This document shows, piece by piece, positions 25,506 to 36,696 of a DNA stretch of 64,000 bases. Under the pieces are notes generated by a model that searched no databases, had not been told where the DNA came from, and worked only from the letters and a program-made list of their open reading frames with translations. How positions within the stretch are numbered: position 1 is the stretch's first letter; each line of letters begins with the position of its first letter. A program made the position numbers and the translations under genes. This DNA comes from Pseudogymnoascus verrucosus (taxonomy: Eukaryota), in assembly GCA_001662655.1 (NCBI GenBank), contig KV460208.1. One strand, written 5' to 3'.

Positions 25506-27045
25506 CAATAAGCACAGATGCATAACTCGACTAGTAGCAAAACAAGGTGACGTTGCCATTGGGATCAAGGTAATTGGATGGTTTATCCCTTGATCCGTTC
25601 GGCAAGAAGAGTAAAGACTCGCACTCTTCTCTCGTATATGTTAGGGATTAGTCGCCCATCACTTCTTTTCCTGGAGCTAACCCCCGCCGCGTCTGCTGTC
25701 GGCTAAGCCGGCAGCAGTTTGGTAAGGTTGCGCACCCCTCCATAGTCCCAGTATTAGCATCCCCGCACGTAACAACACTAACTTGTTTGTAGAGTAGGGC
25801 ATAGTCGAGTATCCGGTTTTTTGTATTCCACGTACCAGAGAAGGTGCAGAAGGTTGCGCTGTGGATATATAGTCCTCGGCCATAACAGATGTATCGGGCA
25901 GCATCGCAGAATCCTCAAAAATCTATGGATATATCCCTCTCTCTGTTCTGTTGCTACCATTGTGTCGCGCTTGTTCACACGCTGTTGAACGGACCGTCGG
26001 AAGGCGGCACTACGGGATGTATTTGGTGGCGTTTATTTCCGGCAAGGGATCGTGTTCGTGGCGTTCTCTTCCGTCATCGATCGTGCGCTTACTTAGCCGG
26101 AAAAGCTTACTTCCTTGAAAACCCCCCAAATTGCCTTGCCAAGATGGAAGATTCGACAGGACTAACCGGAGTAATGGTAGCGCTCTCATTTGGTATTGCA
26201 GAACTCCGTATGCAATTGTAGCCGTGCCTGTATGTTTCAAAAGAGTAGAGCCAGTAGGTTTGAAGATTTGGAAATTATCTGGAACGACCATGGTTGCATT
26301 TATTAGTGGGACGAAGAAACAATGGATCTGGGGGATGGGGAAATGGGTAAGAGACTCCACTTTGTCAAGTTCTAGAATTGTGTCACGTGAATATAGAGCA
26401 CATGGGCGACTTCCGTATTGAACTGGTTGGAAATCGACGTCAAGTCAGGTCATGTATGAGAACGAACAGGTCTATCTCTTTAATTAATGATCTTCCAAGA
26501 TGCCTTTGGGTTAGTTTAGATATTGCCGCTGTATTTATTTATTGTGTTTTCTTTCATTCCAAGACTCTTTATTATTCGGATTTCTCACTTGGTTTATTAT
26601 TCATCGATATCCATATGGGAATTGCGGCGTCTAGAAAGAATGAGAAGCTTCATTTTCATATTGATATTTGTACAAATCCAAAGACGCCATCCGTGCCGCT
26701 GCCGCTTGTATCCTGAACTTTTCGCATAACCTCCACAAACCGGAGCTATACTTCGCCAAATATTCCAAGCCGAATAAACAATACAAAGCCGGAGCTACAT
26801 CGCTCTACGCTGAACACCCCAAGCCGAATAAACTCTCCACTCTCACGCCGATATCACCACCGATACACGCACCGGGTTCATCTCCCCCATCACTGAATCC
26901 TCCACATATACCTTCCAATCCCCTCCCTCGCCGAATCCTCCGCATATACCCGTCCCCAACACCGCTCCCCCATCTAACAACCCCCCAACCGATGAGTGCC
27001 CACAAACAGTGAGCTTCTCATGCATCAAGATAAGGTCACCTCCCC

Positions 27046-28107
27046 TCACACAGCACCCTTCCCAAACACCTCCTCCTCTGTGACTTCCTCCATAGCCACC
27101 GTCTCCTCAGCAACTTCCTCACGCAAGAACTCCAGAATAGCGCAAGCAGCGTAAAGGTGATCATCACCACCAGACCCATTCTTTATGATACCCTCAAACT
27201 CAGTCTCCTCCACGATGGGTTTGCGGCACTCTATCGCGATCTCTGGGTTGAACTCTGGATGCACTTGAAGGCTAAATACGCGTCCCGGTTTATATATGCC
27301 TTGGACATCGCAGAGTTCGGTTTGTCCCACTCTCACAAAGGCCTTTGTTATGGACTTAGCGTTTACTCTATCTTGGTGGACGAGCTGAAGCCGCATCTCC
27401 GAAGGGGAATCGGGATTTGAGCCCACCGGTCCGAACCTTGCGAGGAACTCGGGTGACAGTTTGACCAGCTGAATTCCAAGCTCCCATCCCTTAGGATTTC
27501 GGGAAACGACGGGAGGAAGGTCGGTTTGTGCCGGACCATCTTCAGATGCCTGTGGGTGTTAGTTGAAAGCCGATAGTAGAAGAGCCGGAGCGAGGGTTTC
27601 CGAGGGGATTCATACCTTGAAAATGGCATTGCAAATGACCTGATGGCCAAAACAACTGCCAAGTAGCTTCATATCAGGTCTATCTTTGTATATTTCTACA
27701 TTATTGTTAGAAAGTTCTTTGAGGAATTCGACAGCGGTGTATACATACCCGCCACAAACGAAACAAGTTTCAGCACCCATGAATCAGTGTCATATGCTCC
27801 GGCTCCTATTGAATCTTTTGTTAGCTTTCGGGCTTGCAGCGGCATAGTACGGCTCATTTTTACCAGAACCAGTAATCACGACAGCATCATAGCCGTCCAG
27901 TGATTGGCGACGAGGTAGCTGCCCTTTTGTGGCATCGAAGGTGATATAAGATATATCACTATTGTTCCACCCAGGGATGGTAGAAGACACCTCTTGCAAC
28001 ATCTCCATTAAGATGTCAGAATAGCCTCCCCTGGTCTCGAGGATACTTGATGGTGGATTTCCACACTTAATGCACGCAATGAAAAGTTTTGTGTGATCCT
28101 GTCCCAT
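27046..28107 (-). CDS. Stand-alone class I glutamine amidotransferase-like protein; 4 exons
   Basis: YDAVVITGS, nucleophile elbow LLGSCFGHQ, GWELG, HQD and FSLQVHPEF (His-x-Glu). Three GT..AG introns restore the frame. Confidence 0.85.
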
Positions 28108-28623
28108 CTTAAGGAACAAGAATATAATACAAATAAAAGTATAGTGATGTGTATAATACTTATAATCCAATGCTGTGATGAGTGGAATGGGTTGCATACG
28201 GAAGCAATGGCAAGAGTTGAGATGGAGTCAAATATAAAGGAAAGCAAGCTAGCCCCCACCTCCAGGCTAGAGAGAGTGAAATTTACAGAGTGAATTCGTC
28301 TATAGCTACTTTCTCAGCTCGTTTGCTTGCTATTCTATGTGGTTTCCATGGAGAATCTGCTTCGGTGAAGCAGCCCCTGTTTCTTTATCCACCAGGGTGG
28401 TGGCCTAAACAAAGGGGGGTGCGTTGTGGGGCCGAACTGCAAATGGAGAATTATCAGGTCTATCTGATAAGGCAATGGCCCTTGTTGCTCAGCATGGAGA
28501 GTAGCAGCATAAGTATCATAGAGTAGATTAAAACTTATGAACCTCGAGGTGGAATATGATGATTATGAGCCCATGATGTGCGTTAATTTGGATCCTATCA
28601 AAGAAAATTACGTCCTTGTCATT

Positions 28624-28980
28624 TATATTTATTTGGCAGGTGCAACTGACGGAGAAATCATGGTTACCAAAGAAGTAATGGAGGTTCACAATTATTTTAC
28701 CATGGCAGGTGCAACCCACGGCAAAGGCGTAGTTACTGAGGAAGGAACGATATGTTTCCAATATTTCAACCCGGCAAGTGCAACTGATGGGGGAAGCATG
28801 ACTGCTGAGGAACTAAGGGCTTAAAATATTCCAGCATGGCAGGCGCTGTTGATAGCGAGAGCGTGGCTACTGAGGGAGGAGCGATTGTTTTACAATATTT
28901 TAACAAGGCAGGTGCAACCTGGGGAGGCTTGGCTACTGGCGAAGGAACGATCAGTTCACAATATTTACAACGTGGCAAGA
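28624..28980 (+). repeat. Degenerate ~69-nt (23-codon) tandem repeat, 5-6 units, in a frameshifted ORF starting at 28537
   Basis: The anchor GCA(G/A)G recurs at 28636, 28705, 28774, 28839, 28908 and 28975 (spacings 69, 69, 65, 69, 67). Confidence 0.8.
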
Positions 28981-29025
28981 GCTAGGTAAGAGTTATGGAT
29001 TGTTCATAAATTGTGTGTATTCTAT

Positions 29026-30043
29026 CTACAACTTTGACTTTGACATCTTCGGCGCACTCGATACCTTCGGGTGGTCTCCTGCCAGGTCAAGCCCAGTCAA
29101 CTTCTCCAGCTCAGCAACAGCATCATATGCCTGCCCCAGGTGCACCTTGATAGTCCCAAACCCAACCTTCTTCGCCGCCTTGAGGTTCTCTCCAATGTCA
29201 TCCAGAAACACAACGTCCTCTGCCTTGATCCCACTCCCCAAGTTAAGTCCCTTGCCTTGTGCCGAGGCATTCTTCTGGGCGTACTCGTTGACGGCACTAA
29301 GCGCCAAGTTATAGATTGCGGGATCCGGTTTGCGAAGCCCGACATGTGCTGACGAGATAAAAATATCAAAGATTCCGCGGACCTCATTCGCATCGTTGTA
29401 CTCGTGCCCCTCGGGAAAGATGATAGTGTTGCTCAGGGCGGCAATGATATATTTGCCGCTGGCCTTCAGCTTCTTCAGGGCTGGCCACATCCATGGGTCC
29501 GACGCCCTGGAAGCACCCATCATCTCCCAGAAGAGCCATTCTGCATCTACCTGAGGCAAAGGCGGGATGGCGGTGACTGTCTTGCCTTGTTTCTGCATGG
29601 CCTCCGTGTAGAAGGCCTTCCAGCGGAGCGGATCACGTAAGTCATGGCTGAAGCCCGCGAAGAAGTCCTCGTCGCACTTGATTTCTCCTCGCTCCAGCTT
29701 GTGCCATGCTCCATTAGGAGCGGTCTTGGAGAGCGAGTGGTTTACCCATCCTGGGGGGATGTCGTTCCTTAATTCATAATTTAAGATTTCTTGGAACGGA
29801 GAAACGACCTGGGAATGTTAGTTTTCTTCGGCGATTGAACATGCTTAGGATACGCCTTGGGCTGGAGAGATACGCCGGCCACTGGACTCTGTTTCTCTGC
29901 ACTATATGCCCAAGCTGGGCATCTGGAGATGGATATGCCTGAGAAACTGGGACTTGGAATGCGGGGTATAGTATGGCAGGAGGACTCACACAGACGCCTC
30001 CGATGTCGAACAAGATAACCTTTGGCTGCTTCTTCGGAGCCAT
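29026..30043 (-). CDS. HAD-superfamily hydrolase (epoxide-hydrolase N-terminal/ACAD10-like phosphatase domain); intron 29989-29809
   Basis: Motif I ILFDIGGV, motif II ALSNT, motif III GLRKPDPAIY and motif IV FLDDIGENL. Confidence 0.9.
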
Positions 30044-30243
30044 GAGTGCTTCGACAGTGCCTAGAGCAAGTTCTACTAAATGATGTGCTTCCTCTGACAT
30101 GGTTATGATATCTTTCTGGAAATGGGCATCGTGGCGATTCTCAAAAACCTTAGCCAGCAAGGTCGCCAAATGGGTAACAATTTGATGCCGAGGCTCGGTA
30201 TGATGGTTGAACCTTTCGCCGGTCTTACAGTACCCGGATTACC

Positions 30244-30352
30244 ATTGGAGCCCTGCATTTAAGGCCGTGCACTACGCTCAGGATTTTATTGGAGCCCTAA
30301 ATATAAGGTTGTTTAACATCAGTCGAATTTTATTGTAACCCTAAATATAAGG
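30244..30352. promoter_or_regulatory. Three direct repeats with a 44-nt period containing (G/A)CCCT(A/G) in the RPL5/HAD divergent promoter
   Basis: attggagccctgcatttaagg, ttttattggagccctaaatataagg and ttttattgtaaccctaaatataagg end at 30264, 30308 and 30352. Confidence 0.6.
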
Positions 30353-30575
30353 CAACATTTATCTTTGGGTGTTTCAATTTTGTTTGTGCCCCATATATCA
30401 GGCTGTTATCGTCGCCGACCATGAATAAAAACTCGAGATGCATTGAATACCCACCCTAAATAAGCGAAAAGTTCGCGCACAACTTAGAGACCTCACCCCA
30501 CGATCAAGAGTCTTCTTCTCTTGACAACGCCCCTTCGACACAACATTCCAGCAATTGTGCGGCCAATCTATCAAG

Positions 30576-31671
30576 ATGGTAAGTTCATCAACACCGTTCA
30601 GCATAGCATGCTTGAACGAGAATTCCGTGGATCTCGAGGATCTACGTTGAATGGGTCCATGCAAGATGCTTCGGATGAGATCTGAAGCGCAAATTGCTGA
30701 CTCTGGTTTTCTTCACAGCCTTTCACCAAGCTGGTTAAGAACTCCGCGTACTACAGGTAAGAATCAAGTCCTCTCTCAGTTTCGAAACAATCGCATTGCT
30801 AACCTCAAATAGTCGCTTCCAGACTAAGTACAAGCGCCGTCGTTCCGGAAAGACCGATTACTACGCTCGCAAGCGCCTCATCACCCAGGCCAAGAACAAG
30901 TACAATGCGCCTAAATACCGCCTTGTGGTTCGCTTCACCAACCGCGACATCGTGATGCAGATCGTCACCTCCGAGATCTCCGGAGACAAGGTCTTCTGCG
31001 CCGCCTACTCGCACGAGCTGAAGGCCTACGGTCTTGAGCACGGTCTTACCAACTGGGCCGCCGCCTACTGCACTGGTCTTCTGATCGCCCGCCGTGTCCT
31101 CAAGAAGCTCGGCATGGACGCCGACTTCCAGGGTGTTGAGGAGGCTGACGGAGAGTTCACCCTCACCGAGGCCGCTGAGGATGAGGACGCCCGCCGCCCA
31201 TTCAAGGCCTTCCTTGATGTTGGTCTTGCCCGCACCTCCACTGGTGCCCGCATCTTCGGTGCCATGAAGGGTGCCTCCGATGGTGGCATTCTCGTGCCCC
31301 ACTCCGAGAACCGCTTCCCCGGTTTCGACATGGAGTCCAAGGAGCTCGACTCCGAGACCCTCCGCAAGTACATCTTCGGTGGACACGTCGCTGAGTACAT
31401 GGAGACCCTCGCCGATGACGATGAGGAGCGCTACAAGTCCCAGTTCCAGGGTTACATCGATGATGAGATAGAGGCCGATGGACTTGAGGAGCTCTACCAG
31501 GATATCCACAAGCAGATCCGTGAGGACCCATTCAAGAAGGTCGAAGGTGCCGCCGAGAAGAAGGACAAGGAGGAGTACAAGAAGGAGTCCCTCAAGTACA
31601 AGGGCCGCAAGCTCACAAAGGAGGAGAAGGTCGAGCGCGTCAAGGCCAAGATCGCCGAGCTCAGAGAGTAA
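30576..31671 (+). CDS. RPL5: 60S ribosomal protein L5 (uL18); exons 30576-30578, 30719-30756, 30813-31671
   Basis: [57 protein letters not shown]; strong codon bias. Confidence 0.98.
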
Positions 31672-33114
31672 ATTTCTGTACCGGTGTCTTGAGACTTCTG
31701 TGCTCTGTTTTTTTTTCTCTTTAGTGCTTCATAGGTATACCAACAACAATGAGGCGTTCTTGAGCATTTGGCTTTCCAAACGATTATGAAACTATGAACT
31801 ATGAAACTTTCATTGTCTGCCCTACCCTGTGATATATAGATGTTGTGAGCCCGTTTCATTATCTTTCGCTGTAAATTTCAAAGACACCTCGGCGTAGAAC
31901 ATCCAGCTACACAACGTTGCATATACATATATGTAGCCCAGTCCATTCCCAAACAAAGGATATTTGATAGGAATTGTGGAGGAGGGGGGTGGTGTTGAGG
32001 TAAAATGCAGTACGGATGAGGAAAAGATGAATTGGGGTTCAGGAGAGATATTCTCATCTATTAAACTATCAAAGCTATCAATTATGAGACAGCACTGAAG
32101 CACTCACATTGATAATATGTTTAGCTGTCAGATTGTACAAAATCCCTCGCGTGTTATAATAAATCTCTTAATATAAATAATAAAATGGTAGGAGATACTA
32201 ATATTACTATCCCCGTAGAAATTAAAAACAATGTATACTCTCAGCCCTCAGATTATTCCCAACACCTGGCAGACTTCAATACATCCTTTATTGGCTTTCG
32301 TAGGGCCCTGTGACGACTTTGCAATCACCAACTTGTCCACCAAAAATGATAGGTTAAAACTCGTGACGGAGCGGGCAAAAGGAAACAACTACATACGTCG
32401 TCACAATGACCAGTTGAGGAAAGTAAGGGGTCGAGGTCGAGTTTATTCATGGGCGCTGATGAGCCAAAAGTTATCACTGTATGGCCGGAGAGAACATAGC
32501 CTAAAGCTGCCACCTGCCACTGCGGCCGCGATATTCTCATCACCGCCGCACCTCCCGCCATTAGTCTTCCCTCCGGACTTCCTCAGTCCTTTTGCGAGTC
32601 ACAGCGAAAACTCTTTCGCTGTCTGGAAACATTGGCTACCCCCGATTGTTTGCGGCGCTGGACTGATATGGATGCGTGGTTTATTTTCAATAAAGTATAC
32701 TTAGTTTGCAATAAATAAAGATTTGGCAATTTTAATTCATTTATTTCTGGCATAATTTATTATAATTTTTGAAATTCATTTTTCAGTCGCTGGCTTCGCT
32801 CAAAAATACCAAGGCTTACTTCCTTAAGAAATCCCAACCTTATCATTCATTTTGATGAATGCTTACTACTCTGTCGATATTTGAGATATTATGTGCTTGA
32901 ATCGGGGGTTGACGACTTGAAGTGAGAAAAAACATAGCTCGTCACGTGCCCCCCCCCCCCCCCAGCGAGACATTCGCACCTTGCCTCCCAACCCAGACCA
33001 GTCATCGCACCTTCTCACCCCAAATCAATCCCCATAGTACCCTCTGTCCCTCCATCTCCCAATCATTCCATCCCCGTACCTAAAAACAAAAGTGCAAAAA
33101 AACTACAAAAAAGA

Positions 33115-33203
33115 TGCCCATTCTCGGAATCGAACCGAGGATCTTCTCATATCGGACACATTCGGTTTACGAGTGAGACGCTGTACCACTAAGCCAAACG
33201 GGC
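33115..33203 (-). tRNA. tRNA-Thr(CGT) with a ~17-nt intron
   Basis: GCCCGTT acceptor stem pairs with AATGGGC; D arm TGGCTTAGTGGTACAGC; anticodon arm TCTCA-CT-CGT-A[intron]A-TGAGA; T arm CTCGG-TTCGATT-CCGAG; downstream T runs. Confidence 0.94.
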
Positions 33204-36200
33204 TACTTGAATTGAAAGCATGTGCCCTAGCTGGACTTATCAGACGCCGCTTGGTCCCTCCTGCCCTATCTTTCAGTCTCCATACCTCCATTTCGACATT
33301 CTATCATTTACGCACTTGTTCCCCAAAGGGAATTGAATTGATGGATGGATTGATTGATTGATGGGCGTTGACACGTGCAACCGCGTACAGCTACGATGAG
33401 TCGATGCGTCTTTCCCCGACACCGCGTTAACCTTGGCAAGATCAGAAGCACAGCGGGTAGCTACATGCATGACACCTCCCCTATTTCCCCCGATCCCGAT
33501 ACCTCTCCCCGCATACTACTATATCGTGCACGTCATTGAGGGGAAAGTGTACCGAGGGGTAAACAACCTCGAAGCACGGGGCAGCTGGAGAGAGGGGTTG
33601 ATGGATGGGGATGGGAATGTGAAGGCTGGATGGGCGATACCGGGACGAGGGGGGGGATGCACATGTGAGGCCGACGACGCGCCTGTTTTCGTGGATTGGG
33701 GGATGGGGGACGGGAGGGCGTGCGAGGTCGGCGTGTTTGGTGGGGAAGCTGTGGGGAGGGAGCTAGAGGACTGCACTGTACTCTATTTTCTCTCCGCATT
33801 CTGGGAAGGGATGGTCTGGAGGGACTGGACTGGTAGAAGGTTGGCATGCATGGGATTGAGGTTGGGATGGGGATTTGGACGGGGGGATACAGTATGGAGG
33901 CGGACATCTACCTACGCTTGCGATAATGTCAGCCTTGTGGTACGAGGCTGAAGGAGTCAGTCGTCGTCGGAGGCTGCCGATCGGGGATTTTCTCCCTCTC
34001 TTCCTATTCTGAAGAATGACTGCCGGCCGCTGAGCGATTTTACGAGTGTCGGAGACCTGCGCTCCTTGTGGCACGGATAGGGGGCATACGCATCGTATTC
34101 CTCGAGACGAGACCCAGCGCCCACGGCGTCGAGCACGCGTACATGCCACGGAACTCCGCCGAGGCGACTCGCTCAGTCACCAGTCGGGGGATTGGCAATT
34201 ACCAAATCGACCCGCCCGTACTCGCACGCTCCAGGCGTCCAGAACAACTACAGTTACAATACTTAGGGCTTGGTAGTGGCAGTGGCGGCGAGTACGGTTG
34301 CGTTTTGTACAGGCCCGGGAGAAGTCGGGCTTCGCCGGCGGACATGTCACCGCTAGTTAGTCTAGACTGACTACTGGGGTGGTTGGGGGAGGGATGAGGT
34401 GCCGGAGCGAGGCGTTTCAGCACCCCTGTCCGGTCGTGGTGGGTGGGGTTGGGATGGGGCGGCGATCGGGTCGGGGATCGCCGCGGGAAGTCGGGATTGG
34501 GATTCTTTGCTTTTGCGGTGGTGGTGAGGGAGAAAGAGATGAGAGGTGTCACTGGAGAGGGAGGGCATGATGAGACGGGATGGGATGGTGTGACTGGCGG
34601 GAGAGAGAAAAGGTTTCATGGCCATGAGGAGGATGTGTGGGAGTGGGAATGGGTTGAGGTGCGCGAAAAGGCTTGGTTGTTCTTGGGGTCTCAGGTGGGT
34701 TGAGGGTTTGTGGATGATCGGGGAGGACGACAACTCGCCGAAACGGGACGGGTGGGGAAGGAGACGAGAATGGCGTGAGGGCTGGAAGGTGGAGGAGAAG
34801 GGAAAGGTCGAGAAGTGGAGAAAAAAGGGGAGATGGGGATGGAGTGGGGAGAGGGAGGTTACAGTGGTGGTGGTGCTAGGAATGGAGGAGTACGAATGCT
34901 CGTACGAGGATGGAAAGACAACAAGTCTAGGCTTGGCTGGCACGCGAGGGAATTCCCGATGTGAGAGATATTTGCGAGATTTATTTGTGAGATATTTGCG
35001 ATATTTGTGATCGTTACGTTATATGGTCTCGGACGAGGTCTCGCACTGCATTTGTTGGGGAAAAGGGGAGAGTACGATTGGGGAGTCTTGGGGAGTATTG
35101 GGACATTGGGACAGATGAGGACAAATGAGTGAGGGATTGGGGGGGGGGATGAGGAGGAAAGAACAAGGATGCCGGGATTTTGGAGAGTAGACTGGGTTGA
35201 GTTAGTAGCGTTAATAGCGTATGGAAGTTATGGAAGTTGCATCCCCACCCAAGTAATCTCCACTTGATTACATTTTCATCCTTCCTCGTCCCCCTGCCCA
35301 CCCCCCTACCACTAACTAACTCCCCCTACCTACCTCTCTCCCCAGTTGCCGCTTCCCGGCTCTCTCTGGAGGACATGAATACATAGCATGGGCATATAGG
35401 GTACATGTATTTATGCGGCGACAAAGGACACAATGGTGGAGAGTTTCAAGTACCCCAGTCCGATGATGCGCGTACCGCTGTCGTCTCAACACGTAGCGTA
35501 ATAGGTGTGGTAGAGACCAGACAGCCGGGAAAAGAATCTCCCAACAACGGTGACAGCAACGACAAGACTACGCCACTACTAAGACTACTAGCACTAACTA
35601 CTACCACTACTAGCACTACTAACACTAAACTACGCTGTCGCTGCCCCTTGGCAATTGTTCCACACACATGTACCGTCTGGGGTGTCCCACCACCCAATTT
35701 CTGCGGTAATCCCTCTCGGCAGGTACTTTAGTCATGCACAGGCAGAGTAAGGTAGGGTACACTTCCCGTTCACAAGGCAAAAATAAAAAAAGTTGGGGAA
35801 AGGCTGCAGCTAGATGTACCTTGCCATACGATGTAGTACTGTACTGACTACTGTACAGAACTCCGACACAACGACTTTCCCCGATCGCGGCATTGGGAGT
35901 ATCGAGATGGGGATCAATATGACTCTACTTCACCGACGGATCTCAATTACTCACCGTTGAGAAGGCGGGCGTTTGTGTGCTTTGTGCTCTCCATTGTGAC
36001 TGTTCTCTCTCTGTGACTCCCTACGCCGGACCGGTGCCATGTATGTAAGTTGCCGTCTGTGTCTGTGTGTGTGAGATTCTTTGTCATTATTGATTGACAT
36101 TGCTCTTGCTTCTGAGATATTTTCTTCTTCTGTTACTATTCCTTGACTAGTATATGTCTTGCAACCGTGACATCCCTCACTCACTAAGCCTCACTACTCA

Positions 36201-36696
36201 TCATCCCAACAAACACTCATCTCACTATTCCCTACGGAGCACTCTCGAAACCGCTGAATCCGAAACTGGGCATCAAACAAATTTCCAGCGCCCCGACCCG
36301 ACCCGAACAAGCATTTCACAAGCTCTCACAGCACTCTCTCCGGCCTCTCACAGGCTCTCACTGCCCATTGACCACAGGGCATCACAGGCATCACAGGCCA
36401 TTACAGCCCATAGAAGGTCCGAAGAGAACAAACCACGCACACCGGTTCCACTACTACCGCTACCTCCTTCTCACTTCGTCTCGTCTTTGGCTTGTCACCT
36501 CTGGGCTCTGACCCCAATTGCCCCAAATTGACCCCAATTTGTCAATTTTGTTCCCCAAAGTCACAGTCCCAGACAATACAGCAACAAGGACAAGGACTGT
36601 TCCTGCCCTTTCCTCCGTCTTTTGCCTCCCCCTTCCCCGCCCCCTTCCCCTTTTGCCCCCTTCTTCCCCTCCTGCCTGTGCGTTGGGCGCCAGAAT

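Noticed and set aside
26735..26835. Two imperfect copies of ccggagcta...ccaagccgaataaac
   Set aside because: Only two units; a simple local duplication, not CRISPR-like, with no supporting context.
30805..31509. Long antisense ORFs over RPL5, and similar ones over malic enzyme, the glucose transporter (23151-24776) and the NACHT gene
   Set aside because: They are shadows of strongly codon-biased sense genes and show no independent protein features.
14375..31671. 5S rRNA gene and RPL5, whose product binds 5S, in the same window
   Set aside because: They are 16 kb apart and 5S genes are dispersed in many filamentous ascomycetes, so this is probably coincidence.
34371..35010. ORFs of 130-190 aa on both strands upstream of malic enzyme
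   Set aside because: They are low-complexity translations of purine/pyrimidine-skewed DNA with no recognisable domain.
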